Origin: a bacterium | Lineage (GTDB): Bacteria; SAR324; XYD2-FULL-50-16 | Length of the DNA: 64,000 nucleotides | Assembly: GCA_032250835.1 (NCBI GenBank) | Contig: JAVVEA010000009.1 | Location: 32,001-96,000 of the forward strand | Reading direction: 5' to 3' | Shown: piece by piece, positions 28,038 to 40,140 of the stretch | Numbering within the stretch: the stretch's first letter is position 1 | Layout of the letters: each line of letters starts with the position of its first letter | Program-made: the position numbers and the translations under genes | The notes under the pieces: model-generated | Database searches by the model: none | Told to the model about the DNA's origin: nothing | The model's input: only the letters and a program-made list of their open reading frames with translations

Positions 28038-31000
28038 AGCCCAGGCGCTCTAGGACCTCTAACAGGGCTTCGGACCGTAAGGGTTTCACCAGATGGCTGT
28101 CGAGGGCCGCCCCACGGGCGGACAGTTCTTCTGCCGAAAAGGAGGTGAGCGCCACAACCTTGGGCTGTGGGCCCTCTAATTGGCGGATTGCGGCGGTGGC
28201 GTCGATTCCGTCTAAGATGGGCATGTCGATATCCATCAAGACCAAATCAAAGGCCGCAGCCTTGACCTGCTCTACCGCAGCGCGCCCATCACCGACCATC
28301 TCAAAAGCCAGACCCAAATCACGTAGTACCTTGCTGGTTGAAATCTGATGCAGCATGCTGTCTTCGGCCACCAATAGACGAAGCCCCCCTAACCCTTGGG
28401 CCCGAGGTAGGGCTTTGGATAATTCGGGCCCTCGGCCCAAGGGCAAGGTAAAGCTGAAGAGGCTGCCTTTACCTAATTCACTAAAGGCTTCGATCTTCCC
28501 CCCGTTTTTCTCGATAAATTCACGGCACAAGATCAGGCCAAGCCCGGTGCCGGTCTCGTTGTTGGTGCCCCTCGAACTGCGTAGGTTTCCGGCGATGGAA
28601 AAGAGGTTGCTCAGTCGATCATGGGTCATGCCTACCCCATTGTCGCGCACCAAGACTTCTAATTGCCCCTTACGCTTTTTTGTTTCTAGCTGGATCTGAC
28701 CGCCCGCAGCGGTGTACTTGAGGGCGTTGCCCAAGAGGTTACGGATCACGGTGGTGATCATGGCGGGGTCCCCAAAGGCATAGTGGTCCGGCTCCGCCAC
28801 ATAATTCAGCTGAATTTGCTTCTGGTCTGCTGGGCCTTGGAGCAAATGTAGGTTTTCTTCGATCGCTTGGTTGATCGGGAAGCTTACCGGCTCGAAGGTG
28901 AGTTGTCCGCTCTGGCTATTCGCCCAGGTCAGCAGGTTTTCGAGCAGTTCGTAGGTCTGTTTGGTGCTGCGGGCTACGCCCTCCAGCATGGGTTCGCTTA
29001 AGTCGGAGGGCTGGCTTATCACCTCGTTAAAGATCACCGAAAGACTGCCGATGGGCCCACGTAGGTCGTGGGAAATGATCGAAAAAAACTTGTCTTTGGT
29101 GCGGTTCGCCTCATCCAATTCGGCGGTCCGCTGGTCCACTTGGCGCTCCATGGTCTGGTAAAGCAGCGCGTTTTCGAGCGAAATGGCTGCCTGGGAGCTG
29201 AGCATGTTAAGCACCTGCAAACGGGTGGGCGTAAAGGCCCCAAAGAGTAAATTATTCTCTAGGTACAATAAGCCCACCAACCGCCCATGAGAAATAATGG
29301 GCGCACTTAAGATCGATTTGACCTGATGCTTTTGGATGTAGGGATCACTTAAAAAACGGTGGTCTTTCAGCGCATCGGCTAACACCACATGTTGCTTGGC
29401 ACGGGCCACATACCGCAGCACCGAAATACTGGCTTCGTCGAAGCGTTCTAAAGCAATCCCCTCTTGGGAGCCGCCGCTTAACTTTCCTTCGGCATCATAA
29501 CAGGCCTGGACCAGCATTTGCCCGTTACGTTCTAATGCCAAGACGGCCTTTTGGGCCCCCCCGGCTTCCAGCAATATCTTCATCAACCGCTCGATCAGCG
29601 ATTCCAATTTAATCTCACTAGAAATGGCCAGTGAGGCTTGGATCACCGCATTTAGGTCCAAGGACTGACTGCTAGACCCGCTGCTGCTATGCCCTTGGCT
29701 GGTGTTAAATAGCGCTGGGGAGCGGGTCTCGCCAAGACCTCGGGGGTGGACCTCTAAAACGGATTCTAGTTGGTTGGCCAAGAGTTTGGCTTTAGCGACC
29801 GCACCCAGTTGCTCGTACCGGGACTTGGCCAAAAGGGCCAACGGAGCGGAAAAGGTGTTTTGGCCTAATTTTAGGTAAAAATGGGCGGCCCGTTCCAGTA
29901 TGATGGCCTCTTCAAGACCGTTTTCCTGCCGGCGCACCGCCTGGATCGCTTGGTCGTAGTATTCGCGGGCCTGGGCTAGCTGGCCCCCAATGCGCGACAT
30001 TTCAGCCTGGATCAAGGCGCAGCGGTGTAGGTGCGTTTCGGGCACGGCCTCAGCGCATTTTTGGAGCTTCTTGAGCGATTTTTTGATCGCCTTGAGTAGC
30101 AGGGGCGAGCCATCGCGCTCAAACAACATCAGCCGGATCAAGGCGGAGTAAAAGGCCGAAAGGGTGACCAAGGGGGTCGCCATGATCCCTTCGACGTTGC
30201 CTTCTAGTTTTTCACAGGCCTTTAATGCCTCGTCATATTCTTCATACAAAAAGCCCAAAAGAGCCTTGAAGCATTGCAAATATCCAGCTTCGGCCGAGGC
30301 GTGTTGGTGTCCGGCTTCTTCATCGTAAATCAGGCCCCGCAGGCGGGCGGGCTCTTCAGGTTTTAGGCGTAGGTTGGCCATGGTTTGGTGCAACATCTTA
30401 GCGACCGAAGCGGCGGCATTGTCCTGTTGCAGCGTTTCATGGGTTTCGCTCATCTGCGACTCAATCAAATCAAAGGGGCGGCCCATAAAAAAGCCCCAGG
30501 CACCGCGCCCTAACGCGCCCCAAGCGGCCTCATACAAAAAACCCGTCTCTAAGCCTTTCTGGTATGCGACCATAAAGTCGTCTACATACCCAGCTAAGGG
30601 CTCCTGCCAATGGCGCAGGAAGTTGCAGAATATGTAATTAACATGCGGCTCGAAGCTCTTACCGTCTTTGACCTTATCGACCATCGAGAGGGCCAACTTG
30701 CCGAAGCGGTAGCCGCCCTTCCAGTCGCCTAAAACCCCGCTTAGGGTGATCCCAAAAGCGGCGTAGCCAAAGAGCGATACGGCGTTGTTGCCAAATTTGA
30801 GGCTCAAGAAGACCTCTTTGAGCACAAACAGCGGGAATAGATTCGAGCCCAACCTAAAGGCATCTGGCACCATGGTGGTGATCAGCAACATCGCCCGGAT
30901 CTTGTTGGGGTCGCTCATCTGCGGCAGGTCGGCCAAGTCCTCGATGCGGTGGCTACGCAAGGCCAACTTGGTTTTAATCAGGCTAGAAAGGATATGCGGG

Positions 31001-33582
31001 GGCTTGGGGTTTTTCGGGAACACCACGCCTAAGGACCTAAGCACCTCTAAGCCCAAGGTAAGAACCCGTTCGGGCTGGTAGCGGCCCCGGGCGACCATCA
31101 TCAGGGTGATGTGAAGCTCCAGCGCATCCAGGCGGTTTTTAGCTTTGGCGATTCCCTGGTCGGCGACTGCCTCGGCCTCGTCGAGCCGCCCACATAAAAA
31201 GGCCGAATCGGCCAAACCTTCGGCCAGCGCCAAGCGAACCCCGTAACCGCTCTGCCAATGAGCTTCTCCCAACAGCGCCGACCCAGCGCTAAAATACTGG
31301 TAGGCCGAAGTGAAGGCCGCCGAATCTTTGGCGCGGCGGCCTGCTTGTAGGTTGATTTGGGCCAATTGGAGCCGCTCTTCTTCAGAGGAGATCAGATCAC
31401 GGCCCAGGTTCAGTTGGTTGGCCACCGCAAAGGGGTTGTCCACCTGTCGGCTGTCGGCTTGGCTCTTGAGCAACTGGCTGCCAATACGGTAGTGGGCTTG
31501 CTGGCGTTCACCTTCACCTAAGGTCGAGTAAACCGCCTCTTGCAGGCGATCATGTACAAAAACGCAGTGGTTGTCGCTGCCAAATTCTTCGTCAACACTT
31601 GAGGCGATCAAGTGGTACTCGGCACCGACCGGCGCGATCACCCCTTCGAGAATGGCGATTTCCAAGCCCTTGACAATCTCGCTTAAGGGCTCTTTGGTGG
31701 CCGCGCGCAGGCTGGCTAGATCAAAGCGGGTGCCTACGCAGGCAGCGTATTGCAGTAGACGCTGGGTCCCTTCGGGCAAGAAGCGAATCTTTTGGGTTAA
31801 AAAGGACACCACATTCTCGGTCGCCTCTTGGGAGGTTACGGCCTTTAACTTCCAATCCCACCGGTGGTCGGTTTCATTAAAATAGACCGTCCCCTGCTGG
31901 GCCAATGCGGTTAAAAACTGACGGGTAAAAAAGGCGTTGCCCTGGGTTTTTTCTTTGAGCGCCTGGGCCAGTGCCAGTACTTCGTCTGGCGGCCTCAAGA
32001 AAGACTCGGCGCAAAGCTCGACCAAGTCCTCGGTCTTAAGAACCTCCAGGCGCAATTCTTCGAGGGCCCCTAGGCTCTCTTGGATGTCGTTGAGCCGGCG
32101 GCGCACGGGGTGCTGTTCGTTGACCTCATTGTCCCTAAAAGCGCAGATCAGCAAGAAATGCCCAATCTTTTCGTCGGTGACCATCGACCGGATCAGTTCT
32201 AAAGACGCCAAATCGGACCATTGCAGGTCGTCTAAGAAAACCACGAAGGGGTGGGCTGCGTCCGCCATGGCGCTTAAAAACCGCCGAAACACGTACAATA
32301 ACCGGTTGTGGGCCTCGTGGTCCTTTAGTTCGGGCACCGCTGGCTGCTCGCCGATTACATAAACCAAATTGGGTAATAGGTTGGTCAAGACCCGGCCCAG
32401 GTCCCCGAGACTGGCCAAAATGCGCTGCCGCCAATAGGTCAAGGCGTCGCTGCCCTGGGCGATCAGGTGGTCGATAAATTCGTTGAACGCTTGGATCAAG
32501 GCCGAATAGGGGACATCCCGCTGCAACCGCTCAAACTTTCCGGTTAAGAAATAACCATTGTTCAGCGTCACCGGACGGTAAAGCTCTTGAACCAAGACCG
32601 ACTTGCCGGTGCCCGAATGCCCGCTAACCAAGACCAACTCGCGGCCACCTTGACGGGACCGCTCAAAGGATGCCATCAACCGCGCGACGGCTTCCGAGCG
32701 ACCATAGAGCTTTTCAGGGATTTTAAAGCTACGCGAGACATCCGACTGGCCCAAGGTAAAGGTGGCGATTTGGCCGCGTTGGTTATAGTCCGCCGAAGCT
32801 TGACGCAGGTCCGAGAGCAGCCCTGCCGCAGACTGGTAGCGATCCTCGGCATTTTTCTGCATTAATTTTTCGATGATTTCAACAATCACCAAGGGCAGTT
32901 GGGCGTTTAGCTTTCTTAAAGGTAAGGGCTCTTTGGCAATATGGGCGTGGACCAGTTCTAATTCGTCTCTCGCTTCAAAGGGCGGGCGGCCCGCCAAAAG
33001 ACGGTAAAAACTAGCCCCCAAGGAATAAAGATCCGAGCGCTGGTCGACGCTGCGGTTCATGCGGCCGGTCTGCTCCGGCGAGATATAGTGCAGCGATCCT
33101 TCGAGATGGTCCGATGGGGCCAAGAACCCGGCCTTTGCGTCGAAGCGAGAGGCGAGCCCGAAGTCGATCAAGGTGAGTTGGTCCGTTTCGCTGTGGTAGA
33201 TGAAATTTTCGGGCTTGATGTCTTTGTGGATAAGGTTGAGGTGGTGGATATCGGCTAAAATTTGGGCCGCCTGGGTGGCGATGCTCAAAAAACGCTCTAG
33301 CGACAAAGGCCCCTCTAATTGGGACAGGTCCACCCCTTCAACCCATTCCAACACCAAGGCATGGCGTCCATCGAGCCGTTCGGTACGCACGGCGCGGCGT
33401 ACCCCCCGGCATTCAATTTCATTTAAAATATTAAACTCATTGCGGAATGAGGCCAGCTCTCGGGCCGAAAGCTGCTCATTTTTCAGTACCTTATACAACA
33501 CCGCTTTCCCCTCTTCTTCGCCGAGGCAAAATAGGGTTTTTGAGTGGCTAAAGATAGGGGTCAGGTTGTTGTACAGCAGCAT
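28021..33582 (-). CDS. Hybrid Ser/Thr kinase-AAA ATPase-GAF-histidine kinase-REC protein
   Basis: [33 protein letters not shown] (LYLENN); SHDLRGP; HATPase; C-terminal REC. Confidence 0.93.
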   Translation of the reverse strand: MLLYNNLTPIFSHSKTLFCLGEEEGKAVLYKVLKNEQLSARELASFRNEFNILNEIECRGVRRAVRTERLDGRHALVLEWVEGVDLSQLEGPLSLERFLSIATQAAQILADIHHLNLIHKDIKPENFIYHSETDQLTLIDFGLASRFDAKAGFLAPSDHLEGSLHYISPEQTGRMNRSVDQRSDLYSLGASFYRLLAGRPPFEARDELELVHAHIAKEPLPLRKLNAQLPLVIVEIIEKLMQKNAEDRYQSAAGLLSDLRQASADYNQRGQIATFTLGQSDVSRSFKIPEKLYGRSEAVARLMASFERSRQGGRELVLVSGHSGTGKSVLVQELYRPVTLNNGYFLTGKFERLQRDVPYSALIQAFNEFIDHLIAQGSDALTYWRQRILASLGDLGRVLTNLLPNLVYVIGEQPAVPELKDHEAHNRLLYVFRRFLSAMADAAHPFVVFLDDLQWSDLASLELIRSMVTDEKIGHFLLICAFRDNEVNEQHPVRRRLNDIQESLGALEELRLEVLKTEDLVELCAESFLRPPDEVLALAQALKEKTQGNAFFTRQFLTALAQQGTVYFNETDHRWDWKLKAVTSQEATENVVSFLTQKIRFLPEGTQRLLQYAACVGTRFDLASLRAATKEPLSEIVKGLEIAILEGVIAPVGAEYHLIASSVDEEFGSDNHCVFVHDRLQEAVYSTLGEGERQQAHYRIGSQLLKSQADSRQVDNPFAVANQLNLGRDLISSEEERLQLAQINLQAGRRAKDSAAFTSAYQYFSAGSALLGEAHWQSGYGVRLALAEGLADSAFLCGRLDEAEAVADQGIAKAKNRLDALELHITLMMVARGRYQPERVLTLGLEVLRSLGVVFPKNPKPPHILSSLIKTKLALRSHRIEDLADLPQMSDPNKIRAMLLITTMVPDAFRLGSNLFPLFVLKEVFLSLKFGNNAVSLFGYAAFGITLSGVLGDWKGGYRFGKLALSMVDKVKDGKSFEPHVNYIFCNFLRHWQEPLAGYVDDFMVAYQKGLETGFLYEAAWGALGRGAWGFFMGRPFDLIESQMSETHETLQQDNAAASVAKMLHQTMANLRLKPEEPARLRGLIYDEEAGHQHASAEAGYLQCFKALLGFLYEEYDEALKACEKLEGNVEGIMATPLVTLSAFYSALIRLMLFERDGSPLLLKAIKKSLKKLQKCAEAVPETHLHRCALIQAEMSRIGGQLAQAREYYDQAIQAVRRQENGLEEAIILERAAHFYLKLGQNTFSAPLALLAKSRYEQLGAVAKAKLLANQLESVLEVHPRGLGETRSPALFNTSQGHSSSGSSSQSLDLNAVIQASLAISSEIKLESLIERLMKILLEAGGAQKAVLALERNGQMLVQACYDAEGKLSGGSQEGIALERFDEASISVLRYVARAKQHVVLADALKDHRFLSDPYIQKHQVKSILSAPIISHGRLVGLLYLENNLLFGAFTPTRLQVLNMLSSQAAISLENALLYQTMERQVDQRTAELDEANRTKDKFFSIISHDLRGPIGSLSVIFNEVISQPSDLSEPMLEGVARSTKQTYELLENLLTWANSQSGQLTFEPVSFPINQAIEENLHLLQGPADQKQIQLNYVAEPDHYAFGDPAMITTVIRNLLGNALKYTAAGGQIQLETKKRKGQLEVLVRDNGVGMTHDRLSNLFSIAGNLRSSRGTNNETGTGLGLILCREFIEKNGGKIEAFSELGKGSLFSFTLPLGRGPELSKALPRAQGLGGLRLLVAEDSMLHQISTSKVLRDLGLAFEMVGDGRAAVEQVKAAAFDLVLMDIDMPILDGIDATAAIRQLEGPQPKVVALTSFSAEELSARGAALDSHLVKPLRSEALLEVLERLGFTDPA

Positions 33583-33628
33583 GGGGTCGGACCCGCGTGA
33601 TGAGATATAAGGGCCTTAGCCCTTAAGG

Positions 33629-36600
33629 TTAAGTGAAAAATGGGTCTTCAAAAAAGGCCCGTTGGGTGGTTTTACCCAGTGCCTGACTACGCAGCGCCTG
33701 AGCTCCTTTGTACCCCGAGACCACCGTACCTTCCATATACCCCATATTGTTCCCGTAATCGGTCCAATCGCCAACCAAAAACAGGTTGGCATACCCAGAG
33801 GCACCGGGCGGTAGGCGGTTTTTCGCTTGGCCCGGAATGGTCAAGTTATAGCGGTCTGAAGGGGCAATGATCGGGCTGAACCATTGCTCTAAATACCGTT
33901 CCTTAGCGCTGGCCTGGGCGCTGCTCAGCGGCGTCAGGTTGCCCATATCCACCCCCGTAGGGTAGGCTGGTGGGGCGTCGGATTTAAAGAAAAAGCCCAT
34001 GTTATCCATCATCCACTGCCAAGTAAGTTCTTTTAGACGCTGTTTTTCTCTGGCCGGGAACTGGTGGTCCTCAAAGTCATCGGAATCATCAAAGTCCGGC
34101 ACATAACCGGCAAACATGATCAGCGTTTTGGGCTTTTCGGTTGCTGGCCAATCTTCGTTGGCGATTATATAAGATTGGTCAATAAAGGAAAACAACGGAT
34201 TTTGATAGGTGATCACATTGGGCAGGCAGTGGCTATCGGCCATGCCCCAATCTTTGTTTCGGTACCCCATCTCTGCTAGCGTCTTGTCGTACCAAAATTG
34301 GACTCCCGTCACCGCCTGATTTTGGAGGCCATGCACCATGGTAGCCCAGCGTGGGTCCTGCTCGACCAACGTTTTACAGGCAGACTTCTGGGCGGCGGCG
34401 GGGATGCCTAAAATCACCTGATCAAAGTCCTGACCGGCAACCAAGCGGTCGATCTTGGGGCCTTTCCAATCAGCCCAAGGGGATTCCAGGTCGATTCCCT
34501 GGGCCTGCAACTCCTCGGCTTGGGCCGGGTCCAGTTGGTCCCAAAGAGGCTCAGAAGGCCAACAGGGCGTGCCTTTGACCAGGACTTCGGGCCGGTAGCT
34601 GCCTGACTTAAGGCTCACCTGCCGCTCTACCAGAACCGCCCCGATCCCGCCCCGGCCGTCGGGAATTAAATCCAGAACCTTACTAAAGAACTCAAACTTC
34701 ACCCCCCGACTGGCCAAGGTTTGGTAGATCGGCATGACCAGCGTGTCACCGGTGCCTAAGACCGGCTGGTATAAAAAGGAGGCTTTATAGCCCATTGCCG
34801 GGGCCATGGTTTTCAAAAAGGCTCCGGCCGAAATCAGGCCCCCTTGATCTTTCCCATCAGCCAGCCCGGCGAAGGCCCCCTGATAGGCAAATTGAACCAA
34901 GGGACTGAACAGGGCATAATCGGCGCAGCCATGCGCTTTGATCCAGGCCCGAAAGTCTTGGTCGTCGATATTCGAGAAATTCCACTGACCGGTTTTGGGG
35001 TCATAGACATCCTCCACCAAGCCCTTAAGCACCGCCAAGCCCATGCTCATCGCTTGGGCCAGATGCCGGATGGTGCTGTCTTTGAGCAAAATTTTAGGCA
35101 TCAGGGCTTCTAGGGCCTGTAAAAGATCCACCAGATAAGGGATCAACTCGATCAACCAAGGACCCAGGCTTTTTGGCCGCTCAACAGTCTTCCCCTGCCA
35201 GTGGCGCAACAGGCCATGGACTTCGCTGGTTACCGAAGCCAAGATGGCTTCTAGTCCTTCAAAAAAGCCCGTCCCTTCGGATGTTTCGGGTTCGCTGGGC
35301 CGCGCCTTTAAGGCCGTCTCGACGCTGTCTGTTTGGCTGGGAGGGAAGAATTCAGACATCAACCACCGCACCAGGGGTGAAAAATGTCGGGCATAAGGCG
35401 AGCCCAACAGCATTTCCAGCAACAAAGCCACCCCGCGTTTGATCAAGTCTTCTCCGGTCAACGGCGGCCCTTCACAGGGCTGGCCGGGGCCGACGGGGAA
35501 GATAAAGGGCCAGTTGCTCCAGCGATATTCTTCGGGCAACCATTCGGTAAAGAGGCTGCCGTTGTTGGGCTCAATCGCTTCGTCTAAGGTCTTGTAGGGG
35601 CAATCTGGGGCTAGGCCCTTTGCGGTCCGCTCATTCCAGCAGGCGCGCAACAGGTCAAATAGGTTTTGTTCAAAGCCGATCAGCAAATGTAGGCCCAGTT
35701 CTTCGTCACGCCCTTTGGGCCCGCGTCCGGTGCGCATCTTGCCGCCGCAACGCCAACCGAGTTGGTATAAGGTGATCTCGTAATCTTCTTGCCAGTTATC
35801 GTAAGAAGTCAGCTCGAAAGCCGCCGACAGGGCACTCAGGCCTCCGCCGAGGATCGCAATTTTTTGTTTGGCCATTTTTGGTTTTAGGATGTTGGGTTTA
35901 GCATTTGACTTAAGGTCAGGATAAATGGGCTGTCCTTCGGCAATGAACTCCATCAAATAAGGAGCTTCATTCCAACGGGCCGCCTCTTGGTATAATTGGT
36001 TCAGCTTTGGCAGGATAAGGCCTTTATCCATCAACCGCACCAAAGCATCTTCAAAGCCCCAGCCTTCTCCTAGGACTTCCCTAAACTCATGGGCAGTCAT
36101 CGGATAATGCTCGGGATAAAAATCGGGCAAACTGGTGATGAAGTCCACGGCGGGCAGCCGTGGGTTGGCCAGAAAGCGCCCGAGGTCGCCCCATAACGTG
36201 CTGTCTTCGACCATAGCCTGGGCGTACAGCAGCCGGTATAAGACGATGTTGGTGAAAGCCTGTTCGGACTTGGGCTCTTCGGTGGCTAAAGCGACAAACT
36301 GCCGGTAGCCCTCTAAAATCGAGCGGTTGTGGGCCCGATACCAATGGGTGGGGTTGGGCTTGGAGATGAAATCGATCCAAAACAGGACCGGTTGGGGCCA
36401 GCCGGTGAGCAGCCCATTTTCAAAGGCCAGACCGGCCAAAGTGGAGTAATAAATGAACTGGCTATTTACCGCGCGCCACCAGGGGGAGCCCGGCTGGGGG
36501 TCATCCAGGGGATTTAAGAGGCCACGCCGGATTTCCCACTCCATAAAGGCCAATTCAGAATTGCCAAGCCCCGTATGCCCCGGCAAGCCGTAGCCATATT

Positions 36601-36709
36601 GATCATAAAAGGCTTTGCGTAAATCATAACGACCCTGGGGGCTATTGGAGACCCCTTCGACCATGCCCCAGGCCATCTGTTCGAGCTGTTTCGCATCCAT
36701 GGGCAGCAA
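33629..36709 (-). CDS. Fusion of an unknown Trp-rich ~270-aa domain and an FAD/NAD(P)-binding oxidoreductase
   Basis: Internal KIAILGGGLSALSAA...LGWRCGGK...EELGLH and C-terminal NLFLVGDWT...GYMEGTVVSG (amine oxidase/phytoene desaturase-like fold). Confidence 0.75.
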   Translation of the reverse strand: MLPMDAKQLEQMAWGMVEGVSNSPQGRYDLRKAFYDQYGYGLPGHTGLGNSELAFMEWEIRRGLLNPLDDPQPGSPWWRAVNSQFIYYSTLAGLAFENGLLTGWPQPVLFWIDFISKPNPTHWYRAHNRSILEGYRQFVALATEEPKSEQAFTNIVLYRLLYAQAMVEDSTLWGDLGRFLANPRLPAVDFITSLPDFYPEHYPMTAHEFREVLGEGWGFEDALVRLMDKGLILPKLNQLYQEAARWNEAPYLMEFIAEGQPIYPDLKSNAKPNILKPKMAKQKIAILGGGLSALSAAFELTSYDNWQEDYEITLYQLGWRCGGKMRTGRGPKGRDEELGLHLLIGFEQNLFDLLRACWNERTAKGLAPDCPYKTLDEAIEPNNGSLFTEWLPEEYRWSNWPFIFPVGPGQPCEGPPLTGEDLIKRGVALLLEMLLGSPYARHFSPLVRWLMSEFFPPSQTDSVETALKARPSEPETSEGTGFFEGLEAILASVTSEVHGLLRHWQGKTVERPKSLGPWLIELIPYLVDLLQALEALMPKILLKDSTIRHLAQAMSMGLAVLKGLVEDVYDPKTGQWNFSNIDDQDFRAWIKAHGCADYALFSPLVQFAYQGAFAGLADGKDQGGLISAGAFLKTMAPAMGYKASFLYQPVLGTGDTLVMPIYQTLASRGVKFEFFSKVLDLIPDGRGGIGAVLVERQVSLKSGSYRPEVLVKGTPCWPSEPLWDQLDPAQAEELQAQGIDLESPWADWKGPKIDRLVAGQDFDQVILGIPAAAQKSACKTLVEQDPRWATMVHGLQNQAVTGVQFWYDKTLAEMGYRNKDWGMADSHCLPNVITYQNPLFSFIDQSYIIANEDWPATEKPKTLIMFAGYVPDFDDSDDFEDHQFPAREKQRLKELTWQWMMDNMGFFFKSDAPPAYPTGVDMGNLTPLSSAQASAKERYLEQWFSPIIAPSDRYNLTIPGQAKNRLPPGASGYANLFLVGDWTDYGNNMGYMEGTVVSGYKGAQALRSQALGKTTQRAFFEDPFFT

Positions 36710-36814
36710 AAATTAGGCGTTAGTAGGGAAGGATATAAAATATTGCGCCCAGGCTAACCTATTTTACTAGCCGGTACAAGCCTTTATCCCTGAAAAAGTA
36801 GCTGCTTAGGACGC

Positions 36815-37609
36815 TTAAGTAGATCCCGCAAAATGGCAGATGGCGGCGGCGGTGGCTTCGGTTTGTTCTAGCTGAGGCAGGTGCCCGCAATGCTCCAACA
36901 ACTCAAGCTTAACCTTGGGTGAGGCCGCCTCCCACAGCGCCGCCAACCGGGCGGGGATTCTTCCGTCTTGTTGTCCCCAAAGAACCAAGGTAGGGCAACT
37001 CAGGGGCGTTAAGAGGCGGTTGAGCTGATGGGCCGGTTCGCTGCGGATGACCGCCCGGATTTGGTTGAGGAAGTCCCACTTGGCCGCACTGCGCTCGGCT
37101 AGTTCGGCCAGTTGGGTCTGGCTCATCTGCGGGGGTTGGTAATAAAGAGCCTTTAATACCGCTTCAAAGTCTTCGCCAGACTGGGGCGCTTGGGGCTTGT
37201 GGCTATAGGGCTTAAATTCGGCATCGGCCATGCCTTGAGGGGCCAGTAAGATCAGCCCGGCAGTCTCGGTGGGATAGGTTAGGCCGTAAAGACAAGCAAT
37301 CTGGCCGCCGCTGCTATTGCCGCCGACCCAAGGAGATTCCAAACCCAAATGCTCGACCCACTGGTGCAGCCGGGCGACCTGAAGGCTTAGGGCATATTGG
37401 TCCGGCGTCATCGGCTCGCAGTCGCCAAAGCCTGGTGTATCGGGTAGCAGAACGCGGAAGTGCTGGGCCAGTAGGCGGCCTAAGCGCACAAAGGTCTTTT
37501 TGCTGTCCCCGAAACCGGGCAGCAAAACTAAGGCGGGCCCTTGGCCTCCCTCAAACCAATGCCACTGGCCTAGGGGCAGCAGCGCCGAATGTTTTTCTAA
37601 TGGGATCAT
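36815..37609 (-). CDS. Alpha/beta fold hydrolase
   Basis: LLPGFG, GNSSGG nucleophile elbow, WGQQD, CGHLPQ. Confidence 0.9.
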   Translation of the reverse strand: MIPLEKHSALLPLGQWHWFEGGQGPALVLLPGFGDSKKTFVRLGRLLAQHFRVLLPDTPGFGDCEPMTPDQYALSLQVARLHQWVEHLGLESPWVGGNSSGGQIACLYGLTYPTETAGLILLAPQGMADAEFKPYSHKPQAPQSGEDFEAVLKALYYQPPQMSQTQLAELAERSAAKWDFLNQIRAVIRSEPAHQLNRLLTPLSCPTLVLWGQQDGRIPARLAALWEAASPKVKLELLEHCGHLPQLEQTEATAAAICHFAGST

Positions 37610-37753
37610 GCTTCAATTTAGCCAAGCACAGGGGGTCGAGGCAAGAAATTTTCGGGAATTTTAGGCTCTCATCTTTGCGCCTTGAGGCCAACCGGAGCTT
37701 CCCCTTGCCCTTAACAAGTCAGCAGGCTATCTTGAGCGCCTAAAGGAGTCTTT

Positions 37754-38932
37754 ATGGAAAACTTAGACTTGGTGGTGATCGGCGGCGGAGCGGCCGGGTT
37801 GTTTTGCGCCGCCTTACTGGCCGAAGGGGGCCGCAAGGTGGTGCTGCTCGAGCACAACCCAAAGCTGGGGCGAAAGATATTGGCCAGCGGCGGCGGCAAC
37901 TGCAACTTCACCAACCTGGATGCCTCGGTGGAGTCTTACCGCAGCCTCAACCCCCGGTTTGCGACCTCTGCACTCAAGCGCTTTGGCCCGGCTTGGGTCT
38001 TGGCTCAGGTCCAGGCGGGCGGCGTGGCGGTGCGCCAAAAGGCGGCGGGGCAATATTTCTGTAGCAAAGGCGCGGCCAGCCTGCTGGATTGGCTGGTTAA
38101 GCGCTGCGAGCGGGCGGGCGTGTCCTTTCGGCTGCCATGGGAGGTCACCGGCATCTTGGCATTGGGTGACGGCTTTGAGGTAGCCACCAACCACCATCCC
38201 CTGCAGGTTAAGGAACTGGTCGTCGCCACCGGGGGACTTTCTTATCCGGTCTTAGGGGCCAGCGATGGGGGCATGCGCTGGGCCAAGTCTTTGGGGCTAA
38301 AACTGGTGCGCAACGAACCGGCTCTGGTACCCTTAAAGATCGACGGAGTGAGCGAACTGGCGGGTATCTCGCTACCCGTAGAGTTGACCTTGGGCCGCCG
38401 GGTTTTTAAGGAAGAATTACTGTTCACCCACCGAGGGATTTCGGGTCCGGCGGTCTTACAGGCCAGCCTCTTTTGGAATCCCGGTGAGGAACTGGCCCTC
38501 AACTTCCTGCCCCAGGTAGACCTAATGGACCATTTGGAACAGGCCAAAAAGCAGGGCAAGTCCAAGTTGCTCAAGGCCCTCACGCCCCTGTTGCCCGAGC
38601 GCTTTGCGGCAATGTGGCTGGACCGCTACGGACCCAAAGACGACAGCCTACACCAGTTGAGCAAGAAACAACGGCTTGAGTTACAGGCGGGCTTGCAAAA
38701 CTGGCGTTTCATCCCCCAGGGGACCGAGGGCTATAAAAAAGCCGAAGCCACCAGCGGCGGCGTCAGCACCGAAGAACTGTCTTCTAAAACCATGGCCGCC
38801 AAGCGTTGGCCGGGTCTGTATTTTATCGGAGAGGTGGTGGACATGACCGGCATGGTCGGGGGCTATAACTTCCAGTGGGCTTGGTCCTCGGCGGCTGCTG
38901 CGGCCGAAGCGATTTTAAACCCACGAGGCTAA
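37754..38932 (+). CDS. HI0933/BaiN family flavoprotein
   Basis: GGGAAG, GRKILASGGGNCNFTN, LFTHRGISGP, GGYNFQWAWSS. Confidence 0.93.
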   Translation: MENLDLVVIGGGAAGLFCAALLAEGGRKVVLLEHNPKLGRKILASGGGNCNFTNLDASVESYRSLNPRFATSALKRFGPAWVLAQVQAGGVAVRQKAAGQYFCSKGAASLLDWLVKRCERAGVSFRLPWEVTGILALGDGFEVATNHHPLQVKELVVATGGLSYPVLGASDGGMRWAKSLGLKLVRNEPALVPLKIDGVSELAGISLPVELTLGRRVFKEELLFTHRGISGPAVLQASLFWNPGEELALNFLPQVDLMDHLEQAKKQGKSKLLKALTPLLPERFAAMWLDRYGPKDDSLHQLSKKQRLELQAGLQNWRFIPQGTEGYKKAEATSGGVSTEELSSKTMAAKRWPGLYFIGEVVDMTGMVGGYNFQWAWSSAAAAAEAILNPRG

Positions 38933-39981
38933 AAGGCCGCTGCCAGCATCAAGGCCAACTGACGCCGGTAGTCTTCAGGCGAGTTTTCGGGCACCCCGCC
39001 CACCCCTTGGCCGTAGATCAAAATTACTGGCAGGCCCTTGAGCGATTGGATGGGGTAATAACCACCAAGCGAAAAGCCCGCTGGGCTGTCGAAGGACTCG
39101 GGCCCGAATAACTCTAAAGACTTAAATTGGGCCGCCTCAAAGCTCCCAAAGAGCCGGGCCCCGCCTTCAAAGGTGACTTTGTGTTTGACCGCCAACCGGC
39201 CAAAGGAACGGGCCCGGAATTCGGCGCGGTAATAGCCGGGTATTTGGTGCGGCGAGCCGATCCCGCCGAGGGAAAAACCGGTGAACAGGTCCAAACCACT
39301 CCCTGCGCCAAACTCGGCTTCAAGGGTACTGACTCCGGCCCAGGCTTGGTCATAACCCAACTTGCCCCAGGCTTTATGGGCCTCTGTTTGGGGCTCTGGG
39401 TTGAGTTGCCAACTGGGCTGGGATTCTCGTTGCAAGCGGTAGGCGCTGGCGTCCCAGCTCAAGCCCCCTTGTTGTCCCTGGGTCTGGGTGCCGATCCTTT
39501 GTTCGCCTTGGTCGGCAGGTAACTTTAGACCGGGGTCCGTGGCTTCGGCGACTGGAGTGGCTATGTAGCGGGTCGAAACCCCTTCAACCAACCATTGGGT
39601 TTTCGGCTCATCCATTAGCAGATAACCGATCCCAAGATAGGGCGAGTGGCCGGCAAAATTGTAGGCCCGCTGGCGGCGGCCTTGATAGTAGAACGCACCG
39701 GGGTCACCGGTCGAGATCACCTCGACCCCCGACAAAAGGGCCCAGGGTCCCGCTTCGGGGCGGTAGCGTAGCGCTAATTTGGAGGTCTTGTAGTGCATCC
39801 TGAAGCTGGCGTCACTGGTGGGGTCGTAGTTCGCCACCAAAACCGGAGTGATCACCCCTTCGCCCGAGTCCAGCGGAGCAATGGCCCCTAAGGCAAAGGT
39901 CCAGGTATACTGGGCCGGACTTTGGGCCGACAAAGGAGCCGCCAACAGGCAACCGAGCACCAACAGGAAAAAAGACCGCAT
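38929..39981 (-). CDS. Hypothetical exported, probably outer-membrane beta-barrel protein
   Basis: Signal peptide, amphipathic beta pattern, terminal Phe. Confidence 0.6.
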   Translation of the reverse strand: MRSFFLLVLGCLLAAPLSAQSPAQYTWTFALGAIAPLDSGEGVITPVLVANYDPTSDASFRMHYKTSKLALRYRPEAGPWALLSGVEVISTGDPGAFYYQGRRQRAYNFAGHSPYLGIGYLLMDEPKTQWLVEGVSTRYIATPVAEATDPGLKLPADQGEQRIGTQTQGQQGGLSWDASAYRLQRESQPSWQLNPEPQTEAHKAWGKLGYDQAWAGVSTLEAEFGAGSGLDLFTGFSLGGIGSPHQIPGYYRAEFRARSFGRLAVKHKVTFEGGARLFGSFEAAQFKSLELFGPESFDSPAGFSLGGYYPIQSLKGLPVILIYGQGVGGVPENSPEDYRRQLALMLAAAF

Positions 39982-40140
39982 AAGCTTTCGAGCAATGGAG
40001 GTTTCTCGCAGCCTAAACTAGGTTGGTCTAAAAGCAAAGGAACAAAAGGCGGGGAAGACTCAAGCGGAGGGAGAAGCTTGGGGCCCCGATGGGAACCCCC
40101 ATTGAAGCCCCTAGTAGAGGCTCCAACAAAGGAAGGAAGC

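Noticed and set aside
36755-36775. Additional copy of the 25-bp motif (TAACCTATTTT)
   Set aside because: Only the right arm matches; the GGKGACA core is missing.
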